Notes under the pieces: generated by a model | Database searches by the model: none | What the model saw: the letters and a program-made list of their open reading frames with translations, nothing else | What the model was told of the DNA's origin: nothing | Shown: positions 1-14,200 of the stretch, one piece after another | Numbering within the stretch: the stretch's first letter is position 1 | Layout of the letters: each line of letters starts with the position of its first letter | DNA from: Podarcis gaigeae | Taxonomy: Eukaryota | Assembly (NCBI GenBank): GCA_964106915.2 | Contig: OZ066918.1 | Strand: one strand, 5' to 3' | Length of the DNA: 64,000 bases | Program-made: the position numbers and the translations under genes

Positions 1-3000
1 TAGGTGTGCACATGTAGAATTTGGTACACCTCACTTTGAAATTCTAGTCCCCAACATCTTGAAATGGATCCAGGCCCTACTTCAAAATATTTTAAAGAGA
101 CAAGTATTTCATGTTACCCATCAGCACACATCAGATTCTATGAGTGACTTGCATATTAAAATACAAAATATTAAGAGTTGGGGTGCTTGCTCACATTCCC
201 CTCAAATCACCCATAATGAAAGCACGATTTTAAGGGCATCAGTGGCTCCTGGACTTCTAACCAACATCACTATTACAGTTAGTGCAATCTTATACACACT
301 TACTCCAGATTAACTCCCACAGAACTCAGCTCCTGAATTACCTGAATAAACATAGATAAAACTGCAGTCAAAACACAAGGGCTTGGGCCCAGTTTTGCTT
401 TTAATTTTTGTGTGTGAAAGAGAGAAACAAAGAAACTCTTAACTGCAAGCTCATTACGATATCCTTGTTAGCATGCATTCAACCATTTTAGACATCTATT
501 TTATTTATTCAAGAGTATTCTGTTGAGAATATACGTAATACATTGCTTTACAGTTTTGTTTTTTGCTAACTGTGCAAAATGAGTAAGGCTTTATGACACT
601 ATTTTTATGTTCGTGGTTTATATTGATGGTTTTATTGCATCTCTGTTTGGTACACAATCTATATATGTTCTTAAGTAAAGAAATAAATCTCAAGCACATT
701 AGTTGAGAGTAAATCTCACTGATCCCAGAGGGAGTCACTTCTGCTTAGGATCAGGCCACATATGCTAAATGACAACCAAGTTTTCTTCTTACCTTAAAAT
801 TTCAGTATCCACAACATTTATTTCTCTCAAATTGTTCTCCTTTGATTTCTAATTAGCTGCAGTCAGAATGATAACTGTTTGAAATTGGCAGATCTCCAAG
901 GAGAGGTAAACTCTATGTAATTGCATACTATCACTGTTCACAGATTAAAATGCCATTTTTTTTCTCCTGCTAAGGGAAATCAATGATAGTCAGATAATGC
1001 CATGGAAATGATTCTGTGTGCAAGCTATGTGGGAAGTATTACATAATATAGAATTATAGGTTCTTTAAGTGCTTTCACGAACAACCTGATACCAAAGCAT
1101 CACATCACATGAACCGTTCACATTCTCTGAGTTCAATGTACCCCTAGCTTCCATTTTGCAGTGCTACCCACCCCAGATTAATGGAAATTACAGAGAGACT
1201 GAAATTAATAAATGCACTAGATTACACTAATGGAAGACTTAAGTTTCCACAAGAACTGGTTCCCCTTCTTTGTGGTAGCAATTATTTCCTTTTCAGCTAA
1301 GGTGTGCAAAATTGTTCAAAGAACTGGCTATAATTAAAATAAGGGTGTCTCCTGAATGAATACCTTGAAGAGCCTTGAATTAGGCCATCTTTCACTTTCC
1401 CCCCTTAAACTTTACATTCTGAGTAACAAATTGGCAGTAGAGAGTTACCTGATTGAGTAAGATCTTAACTTCACCTATTTAGAGATGTCAGAGAATTCCA
1501 ATGAAAACACAAAAGGGGGCAGAAATTTTCAATGTTAGATTATTTGTCTTATTTCTGGAATGAAAATTAATCCAGTTTTATCAATTAGCATTCACTGTTG
1601 TTGCCACCAGTCTGCGAACGATACAAAATGAATTACATTGACCCTCATTTGCATTGCGTTTTCTTTGCATTCAAATGAATGGGATAGAATAATGTAATGA
1701 CAATGGAATTTACCTAATTTCACCACAGTGGACAGCAAGATTAGTAATGCAGTTTTTGGTACAAGATGAACTGCAGTGGAACGGAAACAAACACAGGGTG
1801 GAACGGAAAATGATGCCTTCTTAAATCCCCACTAAGAAGGCTCACTTGTCAGCTAAGAAGACAATTGACTACTTCTTTCTTTTCCATCCTGGCAATAAAA
1901 AGTGAGGTTGGTGGACCTGGTTTTGGACTTTAATTTGTCTTCAGGTGAGTTGGCTCAGTGGCCAACAGACAGGCCTGTCCAACAATGAGATGTTGCCAAA
2001 TTGTTTGTGGGTTGGAAACAGATACCTGAAAGAAAATGAATCAAAAGTAGGACCTGTTTCCCCAGAAATTGTGAGCTAGTGCCAGTTCTTTGGGGAAACT
2101 TGAAACACACGGGGTTGGATCCAAACTTTGTTCCTGCTAGGAGAAAAGCATGGATGACTTTTGCCAATTTCCCCTACATCCTGTGGCCTGAGTGCTACCT
2201 CTGACACTGGATTCAGGTAACTCTGGAGCAGTGTGGGAGATCTATGGGTTGTAGGATGAGAAGGAATTGGCAAAAGTCAACCTTCCTCCACCAGCGAGAC
2301 CTCTCTAGTGGATGGAAGGACCCTTTCAATCTGCAGAAGACAAAATCTGGACACAACCCATGGTTTACTCGTGATTTGGGTGAATGATTTATAGAAAAAC
2401 TGGTTTCACAGGCAGTTGTTCCTATCCCAACAGACTCTAAACTGGTTGAGTGTCACTGAGAGATTTAGCCTTTTGACATTGCTGTCTCAATCCACTTAGC
2501 AATGAGAAGATAAATAACTAAAACAACGTGGTTAAACCCTGAACCAGCTCTTGAAAGTGTACTGTCTTGTTTCAAGATAGCAGCTAGTCTGAAGAACCTA
2601 TATAGTGCTGGAAGCAGTTAAATTCTTGAAGATGAAGTCTTTGACATCCTTTTTCTCACCACATTTGAGATGTGTCATAATCTGTGCAAAGTTTGTGTGG
2701 CAGGGAAGGATCAAATTCAAGCAAGGATACTCTGGGTTGTAATCAACACTCTCATTCTGCTTGAACAATAGACTTCTAGTTGCTCAATAGAATTTCCCCC
2801 TCCTCTTCTCTGCAGCCCTCTGGACACCTGAAAAAACTACTTCAAGGGATTGGGGGATCCTCTGAGGCGGATTTTAGGGGCACATAGATAGAGGAGAGAA
2901 GGGGAAATTTCCACTGTATGAGGGAAACTCCACAGACACAGTGTTGGATACAACCCTCTGACATGTTTCCTTATGCCCATATCAGTGTGTATGTATATGA

Positions 3001-6000
3001 AAAACAGCATGTGCCATGCCATTCTTCATTATTATTTCTTAAATCTTTCACAAACCGTTTGTTGGGATCCCATATTATTATGACATAGTGGACAGATTTG
3101 CTGTTATTTCCTGCATGTCGCTTCTTTCATTTTGCATGGGTTTTTAATATAATATTCCTTTCCCTAAGCCTCCATGGGAGGATGGACAAAGAATCTTAAT
3201 AAAGCAGTCTTCTATACTGGTTAGAAATACCTAATCTCAATCAAACAGCAGCAATGTTTTTCTCTTTTCTTCAGATTCAAGCTGTGACCTTGTTTTCAGT
3301 TTTTTTGCTTAGGGCTAGAACTTGTGCATTGCCAAGCTACCCAGCCCACAAATTAAAGGCTCATGTTTGAATCACTATCAGATCCTTAATTAACTTTAAT
3401 GATACCTCTGGGTGCTGTTGTCACACATTTCAGCTTCAATAAAAACCATTTAAAATGCTTATCGGAAGTCTATATTTATCCTGTCACTGACTAACTGTTG
3501 GCTGATATTGGGATCTCCCTCACAATCTTCCATCAAACCAGATATCCATAGAAATTCTTGAGGAAATGGCTAAATTGTGAACTTTGCCATGATAGTGAAG
3601 CTCTTTTTTTTAAAAAAAAAAATCTTCACCATAAACCAAACAATAGTCGAAGAAGCAAAGTATAAGTTTTAAGAAGTACTTGTGAACATGGACACAAGAG
3701 AGAGAACCTCTGGGCTGGAAACAAGATACACAGGGAGCAATTCACCTAATGAATGCAATTAGCAGAAGCCCAGAACAAGGACTTCTGCTTGCGTAATGGG
3801 GGTTTCCTCCCTTCTCCCTCCTAAGTGTCCATCACCCATAAATGGCTCAGGGGTATCAGGAGAACCCCCAGAACAGCGTGCAGGGGGTGCCAAGCTGATA
3901 TGCTTGTGCATTAATAGCAGCCTGGCATGCAGAAATAAAGCAGATAAAGTCTGCCATCATTGCTGCTCTGTCCCAGGAAAAGCATCACCAATTTTTGGAT
4001 GTTAGGCTGCAGTTAAAGTTATAGACGCAGGACCCATAAGATAGTAGATCCCAATACAGTTCTCCCTCAATACATGTACCAACATTTTTGTTGTAAGCAA
4101 CATTTCACTGAAATGACAAAATAATCTCTAGATGTCTCCTTTTCTCCAAGGAACAATTTGGGTCCATGTTACATAGAAAAGGCAAAGTAAATTTACATGC
4201 TCGTTGATTCACAAACAGCAGGAACTAACATTGCAAATCAGGTCCTGCATTAATTAAAAGTTGTAAATGTAATGACTTTAAGTACTGTATTTGCTTTCAA
4301 ACAATTTTGCTCTGTTTAATTCCTCAAAATGTTGAATGTAATATATGAGATTGGGATGACATGAAACCAAAACAACACAGTTGTGATATATGAAGATTTG
4401 CTGCTGTTTGAACTCAAATAACCTATTTGGCAAAGATATGAAGTTTGGAGTATAAATCATCTAGGGTCAAAGTAGATTATTATGGGATTCTTTTGTTTTC
4501 TTTATCCCTTGGAAAAGAAAATACTGAGAATAATGAAAATATAACATTCAAGATTGATTCCTAATTGCCAAATGTGCTGTACATCAACAATATCTTTCAG
4601 TCCTGCCAGGCTTTTTAGGCATATTTTCCTTGAAAAACATCTCAATCCTCCAATGCCTTTAGAAAAGATTTGTACTTGCCTATTATTCACAGTTGGCAAT
4701 AATGTGCAACCCTCATACAAATAAGGAGGTGCTTAGGTAATTTGTGGCTTACCAGTGTGAATTGTTTTGAAAGTCAGGGGAAGCTGGAACATATGAGAGA
4801 GGAAAGAAAGGAGGATCTCTGGGGCTGCAGGAACTGCATTATTTCACTACTGAACAAGCCCACCCAGACCTCTCACAAAGAAAGAGGATGTCCATTCCTT
4901 ATACCCTAGACAGGTCATTGGTTCAGCTAACTTGGCTCTCCATTGCAGGAGTGGCTAACCAGTGTTCTTCTTGTCTAGTAGGGTAAGCCCAAACCATTTT
5001 GTTGCCTGAAGTAGAGCAGCAAATATTGGCCCAATCAGTCACAGTACATAATACCCAAGGCTTGTCTAGTTATTTTGTCTCCTGTGACGTAAAATTCCAC
5101 AAACGTCTGTCTCCTTTTCTGAGTGTATCCAGAAAGGACTCATTCAGGTGTCCTACATACCAGGAAACGAAATTCCTGCAGATCTGTTGTGAAAGTTGTT
5201 AACAGGGAACAACTTCAGGTTTATGTACAGCAGATGCAGTTAGCTGAAATACTGCACCATGGGATACATGTAATGGGGGAGGATGTTGGGATAACACTCC
5301 TCCCGAGCTGCAGATATGTGGGATTGTTACATGTCACATGTCTATTTACATTCCAGCACAGATTGCTGGCGTGAGCGGAACTTCCACTCTGTATTGCTTT
5401 TGTTTTTCTGTCTCTCTCCGAGAAGAACAACAAGGAGAGAGAACGTGTTTTTCTTTGTCCTGATTTATGTATAATAAATGCGTAGCTTAGTATCATACCC
5501 AAGCCTTGGGCCTGATTCTGTTGCATGATTACTCTGCTGAGTAATGTGTGCTCAAGCATGCACTGCAGCTTAAGTTGCAGACGCACGTTGGAGAAGGATG
5601 ACTGATGGATCTCAGCAGCGGAAAGGCTGAGAAGGGAGACACTCCAGCTGGGGCCGAGCCAGCTAGCTTTTCATCCTCCGGTTCCGACAGTTTCAACCAC
5701 CTTCAGTCCCAAGGAGCCTGAATTGAGTGCCCACTTCTACAAATTTCAGCTGCATTTCACTACAAAGTCATCTGTTAGTATAACAGAATTATAGCCATGA
5801 ATTTTGAACTGTACAACTGCCTACAGCTGGCATGTACGAGCCAGTCCTGTTTTGCATACACTTTGCCCGGGTTCTGCTTCTTGAGGCAAAACTAGGGGCT
5901 CAGCTAGATTGGTAACGAAAAAGTGATTTATATGTGTTGTATTTGCAATATAACATTGTGCCACCAGATAGCATTGTGGAGTCCTGTTTTCCCTGTTTAA

Positions 6001-9000
6001 ATTTACAACACATTTAACTGTGTTAAGCTTCTTTTTGGTGTATCTAGATCCAGCCTAAATATGATGTCGGAGAACTGTTACCTCTCACAATTAAGATTGT
6101 GTCACATGTGAAAGCGAGGGACACTCTCCTTCAGATTTCTCAGTCATGCAGGGACACAACACACCTAAACCATACTCAGCTCTTTAAACCTTTCCTAAGG
6201 TGTGGAGAGCTGGGGATGGAGAGAGGTATAGCAAGGAATGTGGGGATGGGGCCAGCTGATGCACCCAACTCTCCTGCTCCACAATGCGTTAATTATGGGA
6301 TGTTGCATGCCCCCAATGTGCTGTAATTCCTTTTCAAAGCAGTCTGGTATTTGTGAGGTTCTGTTACCATTCCAAGGGCAGTTGCTTGCATCAAAATGTT
6401 CTACGCTGACTTTGAAGACATTAAAGGCAAACCTTGCAAAACAATTCCACAGCTCAGGTCTCCGCTGAAAGGAATGCAATGACGCATGTTCATCGCTAGC
6501 AGAAAAGGCTCCCACGGCATTTGACTAATTTTATGATCTGAGGCTCCAGTGATAACCTTGTGAATAGCAACGGGAAGAGGGAGACCATTTTCCTCCTGGG
6601 CAATCAACACTTGTGGAATGTAAACACAAAAGGTCACGTTTGCTATGTGCTCCAAAATTATCCCTCTGTGTCAGCCATCAATGCAAAGTGATTTTGCTGG
6701 CAAAGCAAATAGCAGAATGTACAGGCAATTGAGCATCTATATGGAGGGAAGCACTTCTGGTCCATGGAGAGGTAAATAATTGATAGGAAGTACTGACTTT
6801 TCATTTATGTAGCTTTCGTTAAACACACACACACACACTCACTTTAAAGTGCACCAGAGCGAATCCAGGGCATTGCAATGCTAAGGGAGGTAACATTTGC
6901 TCAGGCAATGGGCTAATAAGTGCTGTGGCAATCTCTATTATATATTGCCGAGAATGTACTCAAAATGTACTAAACTAGCCATAAATTAAACTATTTTCCC
7001 TCCCTCCAACAGAACGGAAGGCAGCAACATATTATTGCCTATAAATTATCCTTCTAGTGTTGATGCATAGCAGGTTAAAAGGTGGTGCTAGGGAGGGGCT
7101 ATAGCTCATTAATAGGCACCATGTGATTTGCATGCTGAATTCCCCCCATTTCACTCTCTGGCATTGCCAGTAAAGGGAACTCTGGTTACAGAGCTGAGAA
7201 AGACTTCTCCAAAGCTATTGCCAAAACAAATAATAGTGAGCTAGCTATACCAAAGGTCAGGCCGAGGGAGCATCAGATGTTTTCGAGGGAAGCCATCATG
7301 TAATATGTATGCACAAGTTCTCATAGCCAATACCTGATACCACCAGTTAAAAATGAAGGTCATGGAGCAAAAATGAAAGTGGGGAGAGGCTTCCACTAGA
7401 GGACTTAGAAAGCTGTTGCCAATCAAAGTAAACAGCACTGGGTTAAGTGGAGCAATGGCCTGACTCAGTAACCCAACAGAGGTGTTCTTCCCTCAGAGTG
7501 AGGCCTTGTGGTTGGGGTGGCCACAGAGAGTGCCTGCAATAGAGTTGTTTTGCCATGTTATCAAGGAACATGTAGAATGACCTTCCTTGGTGGTTTTTAA
7601 GCAGAGGGTGGATGGTCATCTGTCAGGGAACAAGATGACCCTTGGGGTCCCTTCCAATTCTTACATGTCTATGATTCTATGACAGAAGTTCAGGCATTCT
7701 CCATGACCACCTCAATCATGTCTGCTGTCTCTCCATCATCTAGTATGCAAACAGAAGCTGAAATGGGTTTTACACATACACATCAGAAGCTCTGAGTCTA
7801 TTGCAGGAATATCAATTTGTAAGTAGTGTTTGGTCACATTAATTGGCCTGGGAATTTTTTTACTGATGTTCACATTAAAGAATAATGATTTCTTTATCCA
7901 GGACAGCTGTTTATATTGGAGGCTTAAAGTGAATTATGTTGTCCCCCTCCTCAGAAGATTTATATGCAAGAGTCAAAGCCGATTGATTTGTCATGTTCTG
8001 TTTCTGTGCTATATTAGGCCACTTTGGGGTGGGTCATAGGATCTGGACAATTAATACTTATTGAAGTACTTGTTTGTGTTATAATTAATTATAATGAATA
8101 ATTCTGTGTTTATATATATATTTTTGGCCTTTAACTCTGATTTTTGGTTTCTCATTTGGTTGTTAAGGACCATTTTGCCTCCATTGTTTGCATATTTATG
8201 TTCTGGTCTTCTGAAATGACTGCCAATCAATTTCATTTAGATGACCCTGAGCTCTAGTAGAATGAGAAAAGGAGAAAAACAATTCTCTATCCTCTTTTCT
8301 ACACCATACATAATTTTATAAATCCTGTTTTATCCTTTATTCCCAAATAGAAGAGAGCCTTTTAATATAAATAACTAATTAGACCTCATTCTGCCTACTT
8401 CCTAGTTATTTATGCTTATGTGTTCTTCTCTCTTGGGGCAAAATTATCTGAGCTGCAGGAGAATAAAGGCTCTGAAACTCCCCAACACCACACTTTACCC
8501 TGGCCTTTGACACCTGCAGCGATAGTCAACTAACTTTTTCTCAGAAAAGCCCTGTTGAAATGAATGGACCTAACTCAGTCACGTCCATTGATTCCAGTGC
8601 TGTAATATCATATATTTTAATTGCTGTAACATGCCCTTGGACCTAATGGTGAAGGGTAGGAAAGAAACTGGAATTAATTCATAATAAAAAAGCCCATTGA
8701 AGAGGTCGCTTTAATATGCACTCTAAACATCCAATGAATAAGGATGCAAAAGCATGGAAGTGCAAAGAGAGTTATAACCTGACTTTCAGTCCTCACAAGA
8801 GCCTTCAGGAAGGCTTATAAAATGCTTACAAATGGAAAAATAATACAATCTGTACACTAAATGTCTAGCGCTAAAAAAAGAGATACAACCATTAGGACAG
8901 AAGTCAGAGAGAGAACTAGGCTTAGGTGCATCTGATTTCATCTTTTAACAACTTCAGGCTTTTGGTCAAAACACATCTTTTTGGAGGCATCTGAAGGAGG

Positions 9001-10264
9001 AAAGGCCTTATTGTTGCTGATGATGATGTTAAGTGATTTGTGGTTGTAGAATTTTATTTTATTTTAATGGATCTGAGGTATTCTTATCTACTTGTTTCTG
9101 TTGCAAACTGCCCTGTGTATAAACCATCCAAAGAGGCACTTTAGGCCTAGGGACTTGTGTGCAGCCAAGTAGGCTATTTGACTTTTCTTCATAAAAGAGC
9201 AGGCTCCATATTATATCACACTCTACTTTCAACAAATCCCTCATTTTCAAAAGCACTTTATGGTATTTAGACACAAGTTTGGGTGGGGGAGGGCGGCTCT
9301 GTGTTCAAGAAACACAATATAATGCCCAATTGCCCATGAATTTGAGCATGCAGAACTAGTTGCCCATTTATTTGAATCCTGGCTTTTATTAGGAAGCCAC
9401 ATCATATGTACTTCCTAATATGTCAGAATCGTTCAGAGACAAAAGTTTCCTTTTTCCCCCCCAAGCCAGCTGCCACAGAATCTGTCTGCTGTGCATTTCA
9501 TTTGTTCCAGAAGCCGTTACCTCAGGATGTGATATATGGTATATCCAAGCAAATCCCCACAGTATTTTGAAACTCACCTAAATCAAACAAACCCAGATTG
9601 TCTGCAATTTTGCTGTTCCTACAGTAATATTTTGTCATGGGTGACATTTGCTCCACAACACTCCATAAAATTTACTTGGGTAACAAGTGCTTGCCTCACC
9701 AACCTGTCAGAAGATGTTTAATATATAGCTATTAACTGCCACACAATCCCTTTCTGCCTTAAACCCCTTGACTGACAGCGAGGTAGCTATTGTCTTTAGC
9801 ATATAACAATTCTTGACATAGGTTATGAGAAATCCTCTTTCACTTCTTGAATCTTTTGCCTTCACTCCTTATTATGGTCAAAATGTCTTCTAACTCTTGA
9901 TTTCTTCCATCCTAAATCCCAGTGCAGATTTTTTTCCCCCATACAGAAATGAATGCACACAAGTAGGAAACTGGGATTTCACTCAATTTGTGATAGATAT
10001 GGATCATGCATCAGAGGTACATGCCTAGGATGCTATTAAAAAGGTGTCCAGAATCCATGGATATCAGGAATAGAGCCAGCTGATGCTGATCAGGGTTCCT
10101 TTCCACTCCATACACACATTTCAACTTGAAATTGCATTCAGATACAGAACAAGCTTAGCCTTCCCCAACATCCTGCACCTCATTAGGAGGATAATGTTGG
10201 AAACTTTCACATCTGCTTTAGATTAATTGTAGCTTTGAATAACCATAGCTTATATTCAAACCCT

Positions 10265-10789
10265 TCTTGGGAGAAAAGCAATGACAAACCTAGACAGCAT
10301 CTTAAAAAGTAGAGACATCACCTTGCCAACAAAGGTCCGTATAGTAAAAGCTATGGTTTTCCCAGTAGTGATGTATGGAAGTGAGAGCTGGACCATAAAG
10401 AAGGCTGATCGCCGAAGAATTGATGCTTTTGAATTATGGTGCTGGAGGAGACTCTTGAGAGTCCCATGGACTGCAAGAAGATCAAACGTATCCATTCTTA
10501 AGGAAATCAGCCCTGAGTGCTCACTGAAAGGACAGATCGTGAAGCTGAGGCTCCAATACTTTGGCCACCTCATGAGAAGAGAAGACTCCCTGGAAAAGAC
10601 CCTGATGTTGGGAAAGATGGAGGGCACAAGGAGAAGGGGACGACAGAGGATGAGATGGTTGGATGGTGTTCTTGAAGCTACCAGCATGAGTTTGATCAAA
10701 TTGCGGGAGGCAGTGGAGGACAGAAATGCCTGGCATGCTCTGGTCCATGGGGTCACGAAGAGTCGGACACGACTAAACAAAAACAACAA
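10265..10789 (+). mobile_element. 5'-truncated BovB (RTE-clade) LINE, 3' end of RT ORF
   Basis: ORF 10281..10805 (MTNLDSILKSRDITLPTKVRIVKAMVFPVVMYGSESWT...ELWCWRRLLRVPWTARRSN) is the typical BovB C-terminal region. (CAA)-type tail. 14-bp TSD tatattcaaaccct at 10251-10264 and 10790-10803. Confidence 0.95.
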
Positions 10790-11064
10790 TATATTCAAAC
10801 CCTAATTGTAATTACGATCAGTAAGCAAACCAGCTTCATAAACTATAATTTGAAGCTGGCTATTTCCACTAGCCATAGTTAGGCTTATCTAACACATAAC
10901 TATGGTTTAGTCTGATGTCCAAACCAGCTCAGCATCTGGTAAATCATGTAAGCTAAAAGTATCCCGATCACAAGCTGGTAGAGCTTCTGCAATAAACAAA
11001 TGCCCTTTTCAGAATTCTAGTGTTCTGATATGTTGCATCTAAAAGTTCTTTGTCTACTCTAGAC

Positions 11065-11200
11065 CACATATAGGCAAACTCAGCCCTCCAAATGTTTTGG
11101 GACTACAACTCCCATCATCCCTGACCACTGGTCCTGTTAGCTAGGGATGATGGGAGTTGTAGTCCCAAAACATCTGGAGGGCCAAGTTTGCCTATGCCTG
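11065..11200. mobile_element. 136-bp palindromic hAT-type MITE
   Basis: Long inverted arms (taggcaaact...gggactacaactcccatcatccct / agggatgatgggagttgtagtccc...agtttgccta). Perfect 8-bp TSD ctctagac at 11057-11064 and 11201-11208. Confidence 0.9.
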
Positions 11201-14200
11201 CTCTAGACCTTCCATTTTAGGAGTGAAGGAGGACTGCTGATGAAGATTTATTTATTACATGTGTACTCCTCTAAATATGCCTCATTTAAAAACATTTAAC
11301 TTCATGCTTACTGCAGAAAAGTATAACAAGAATCAACTTTGCCAAGGCAATGAAAAAGCATGAACATTCATAAATTGTACCTAGCAACACCCTAGAAGCT
11401 CCTGTTAATATACCATGCTCTGGGCTCCCCAGTCTCTCACACCATCAATGAAAACAAATAAATGAATAATAAAGAACCTATCCACATGATGCTGACACCA
11501 AAACTCCACACATACTATGCAAAAGAAGCAAATATCTTTAGACGCCTTCTTTCCCCCACCTAACTCTTCCCCCCAACTTCACAATGTCTATGACAGCAGT
11601 GTCTCATACCTGTAACTGTGTAACTGACCTGTAGAAAAGACTCCATGGACTGAAAACAGACGTATGTACCTTTGCTGAGAATCTTTCAATAAAAACAACT
11701 TATGAGAGAGAGAAAGCAGAAAATGAGTTGGCTTACAATAGGAACTGGTTATTCACTTAATGACCATCAGAAAGTATTCCTGAAGGAAACCATGTTAGGT
11801 TAATAACCAAATAAGAGGGTTTTTTAAAGAGATGAATAGTCCTTGGGGGAGACTGCATACAATGTATTAAATTAATTAGACTAAATGCCAAAGATACAGT
11901 AATGTAACTAATCAGCAGAATCTTATAAAGATTTATATTTATTTTCTTCCTATTTTTAAGAAAGGTGATAATATGAATCATTTAAGAAATAATGTGTGGG
12001 TGACTTTGATTCACTAAAAGGTCCTTAGATGACTAAGAAAGAACTTGCAGCTGGTTCTAAGATTTCCCTTGAAGGGATTGCTTTGAGGCAGAGCAAAGAG
12101 AAAACTATATGTTTCTAGCTGTATTTTATAGTTGCTAAAAAAAAACCAGAATATCCTGCTGTAGTTTTGTTCAGAGATGGATAAATTTAGGGCCTGGGTT
12201 GCTCATACTTTGGGACTAACATGGCAGGCCATTTGCACATCTGTAATTCCTGCTCCATCTATTTATTAGATAGATATCCCCAGAGTCACTTCTCATCCCA
12301 TAAAATGATTCCATTTAAGACACAGTACACAAGCCATGACAACTCTTTTTGCATTTTAGGTTCAGATGAGAATGAGCTTTCAGCCAATATTGTACCAACC
12401 AAGAACCTGGCCTCCCGTTCTCAAGAACCTTTTGAGATTGGCATGTCTCAGTGGGGTGGGGGAAGAAAAATGGGCTCTTTATCTGAGACATCAGAGGACA
12501 ATGTGCTCCTTTAAAATTGCTTTTCACTCTTGTTTTATAGCCAGGTCTCTGATTTATCTTTGATTCATTCACTGGTGCCCAACAGAGCAACCTACAAAAG
12601 AGGTTTTATTTGTGAGAATACTGGAGATGAAACAAAAAAGTGTTAAATTGTTCTTTTCTTTTTTTATTTTAGAGGACATTTTGAGCCCAATTTCATGAAA
12701 TATATTGTAGGCGATGTTTTGCAGTCACACACACGCACATATATATAACTTTATTATAAAAACGTATAAACAAAAGAGTTAAAAACAAGCTATTAAATAC
12801 ATAGCAGCAAATCACAAAAAACCCAAATACAACTAACCATGTATCTCATCTAGAGGATCCACTTACCGTCTCTTTGGGGAAGCAGCGGTTGCACGTGGTG
12901 TAGCTTGCCTCTCAGGGGAGAGGGAATTCAAACTGCTGGTGGGAGACTTCATATCCTCCTCTGCTTGCCATGTTGACTGACAGGGTGCACCCACAACCAA
13001 TCCTGGGTGGGCCATAGGGTGGGTCTTCAGGAGCAGACCTAACTGGGAGCAGCTCATTTGAGTCTTCAGTCAGCTCCTGTCCTGAAGCCCTGGCCTACCT
13101 GGCAGCCAGTCAGTATGTAAAGTCCAAAGTTCATGGGGTCAAGCCACACAAGGGAAGTCCAGCAGCCAGGATACAGTCCAGAGTCAAGCCTGAAGCACAG
13201 TGCTATAGAGGACCAGGAGCATCCAAGCCAAAGACCATCAGCATGGGCAGTTGAGCAGACACACAACCTCAGCTCTGCTCCCCTTGTGTACTTTGCATGT
13301 TGATTGCAGCACCTGGGCTTAATGAGGTATATGAACCTCACCTGTTCTAAGGAATCACGTCCATCCTCCCAGAGCTAGCGAGCCCTCCTGGCCAGTTGGG
13401 CTGTCAGCTCTTGCCTGCCTCTGCCTCCTAAGCACCACTCCCACTGCTCCCCATGCCTCAGAAGTCACCATGTTCATGTGGACAGGGTTCCTTCTGGCTC
13501 TGGTGATGAGTCCTGCTGCTCTGGTTCCTGTACATTGACCTCCATCCCCTCACCATCCGCTGTCACTCTGTGAGTACTTCCTTCCCCATCGCCTGCTTAC
13601 CCCAGCATGTCCCAGTCCTGGCTATACTCCTTGCTGGGATCCTCTTCCTCGTCCCTGTCATCCTTTCGTCCATGACAGGTCCTCTCCTCATGCATAAAAT
13701 GAGAGTGCACACCATTTTGACAACTCACTCCCTAAACTAGTTGCTTTGACCAGCCCATGGGTAAATGGGTGGGTCATATGTACAGCCTTGCGATGGAAAT
13801 CTTGGTTGCTATATTCTGGGCCAGGCAAGAATTTCTCCCTCAGATATGTATATTGAGCCTGTCTTGAGGTTTTGGCTACCTCATAGCAATTGTCACAACT
13901 TGATGGTGGATAAGGCACTGGGGATGGATCCTTAGTCAATGCGGAGGTTGGGGAACCTCAGCCCCCCCCCCGCCTCACAGAATGGGGATACCTCATTAAA
14001 GGGGTCTAGGAGGGAGGTGCTTATGTCCTGATATCCAGATGAGGGCAGATAGGCCATAATACTCTCCATAGTGGAGAGCCTGGTGGGTCACATCTATTTG
14101 ATGTACATCACAGGGTGATTCTTCTCACAGGATCAACCCTAATGATCCATCAACCAGCAGGCGGTCTGGATGATTTTGGATGCATACCCAGTGCCTATGC

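Noticed and set aside
10256-10798. 180-aa minus-strand ORF
   Set aside because: Antisense shadow of the BovB RT frame.
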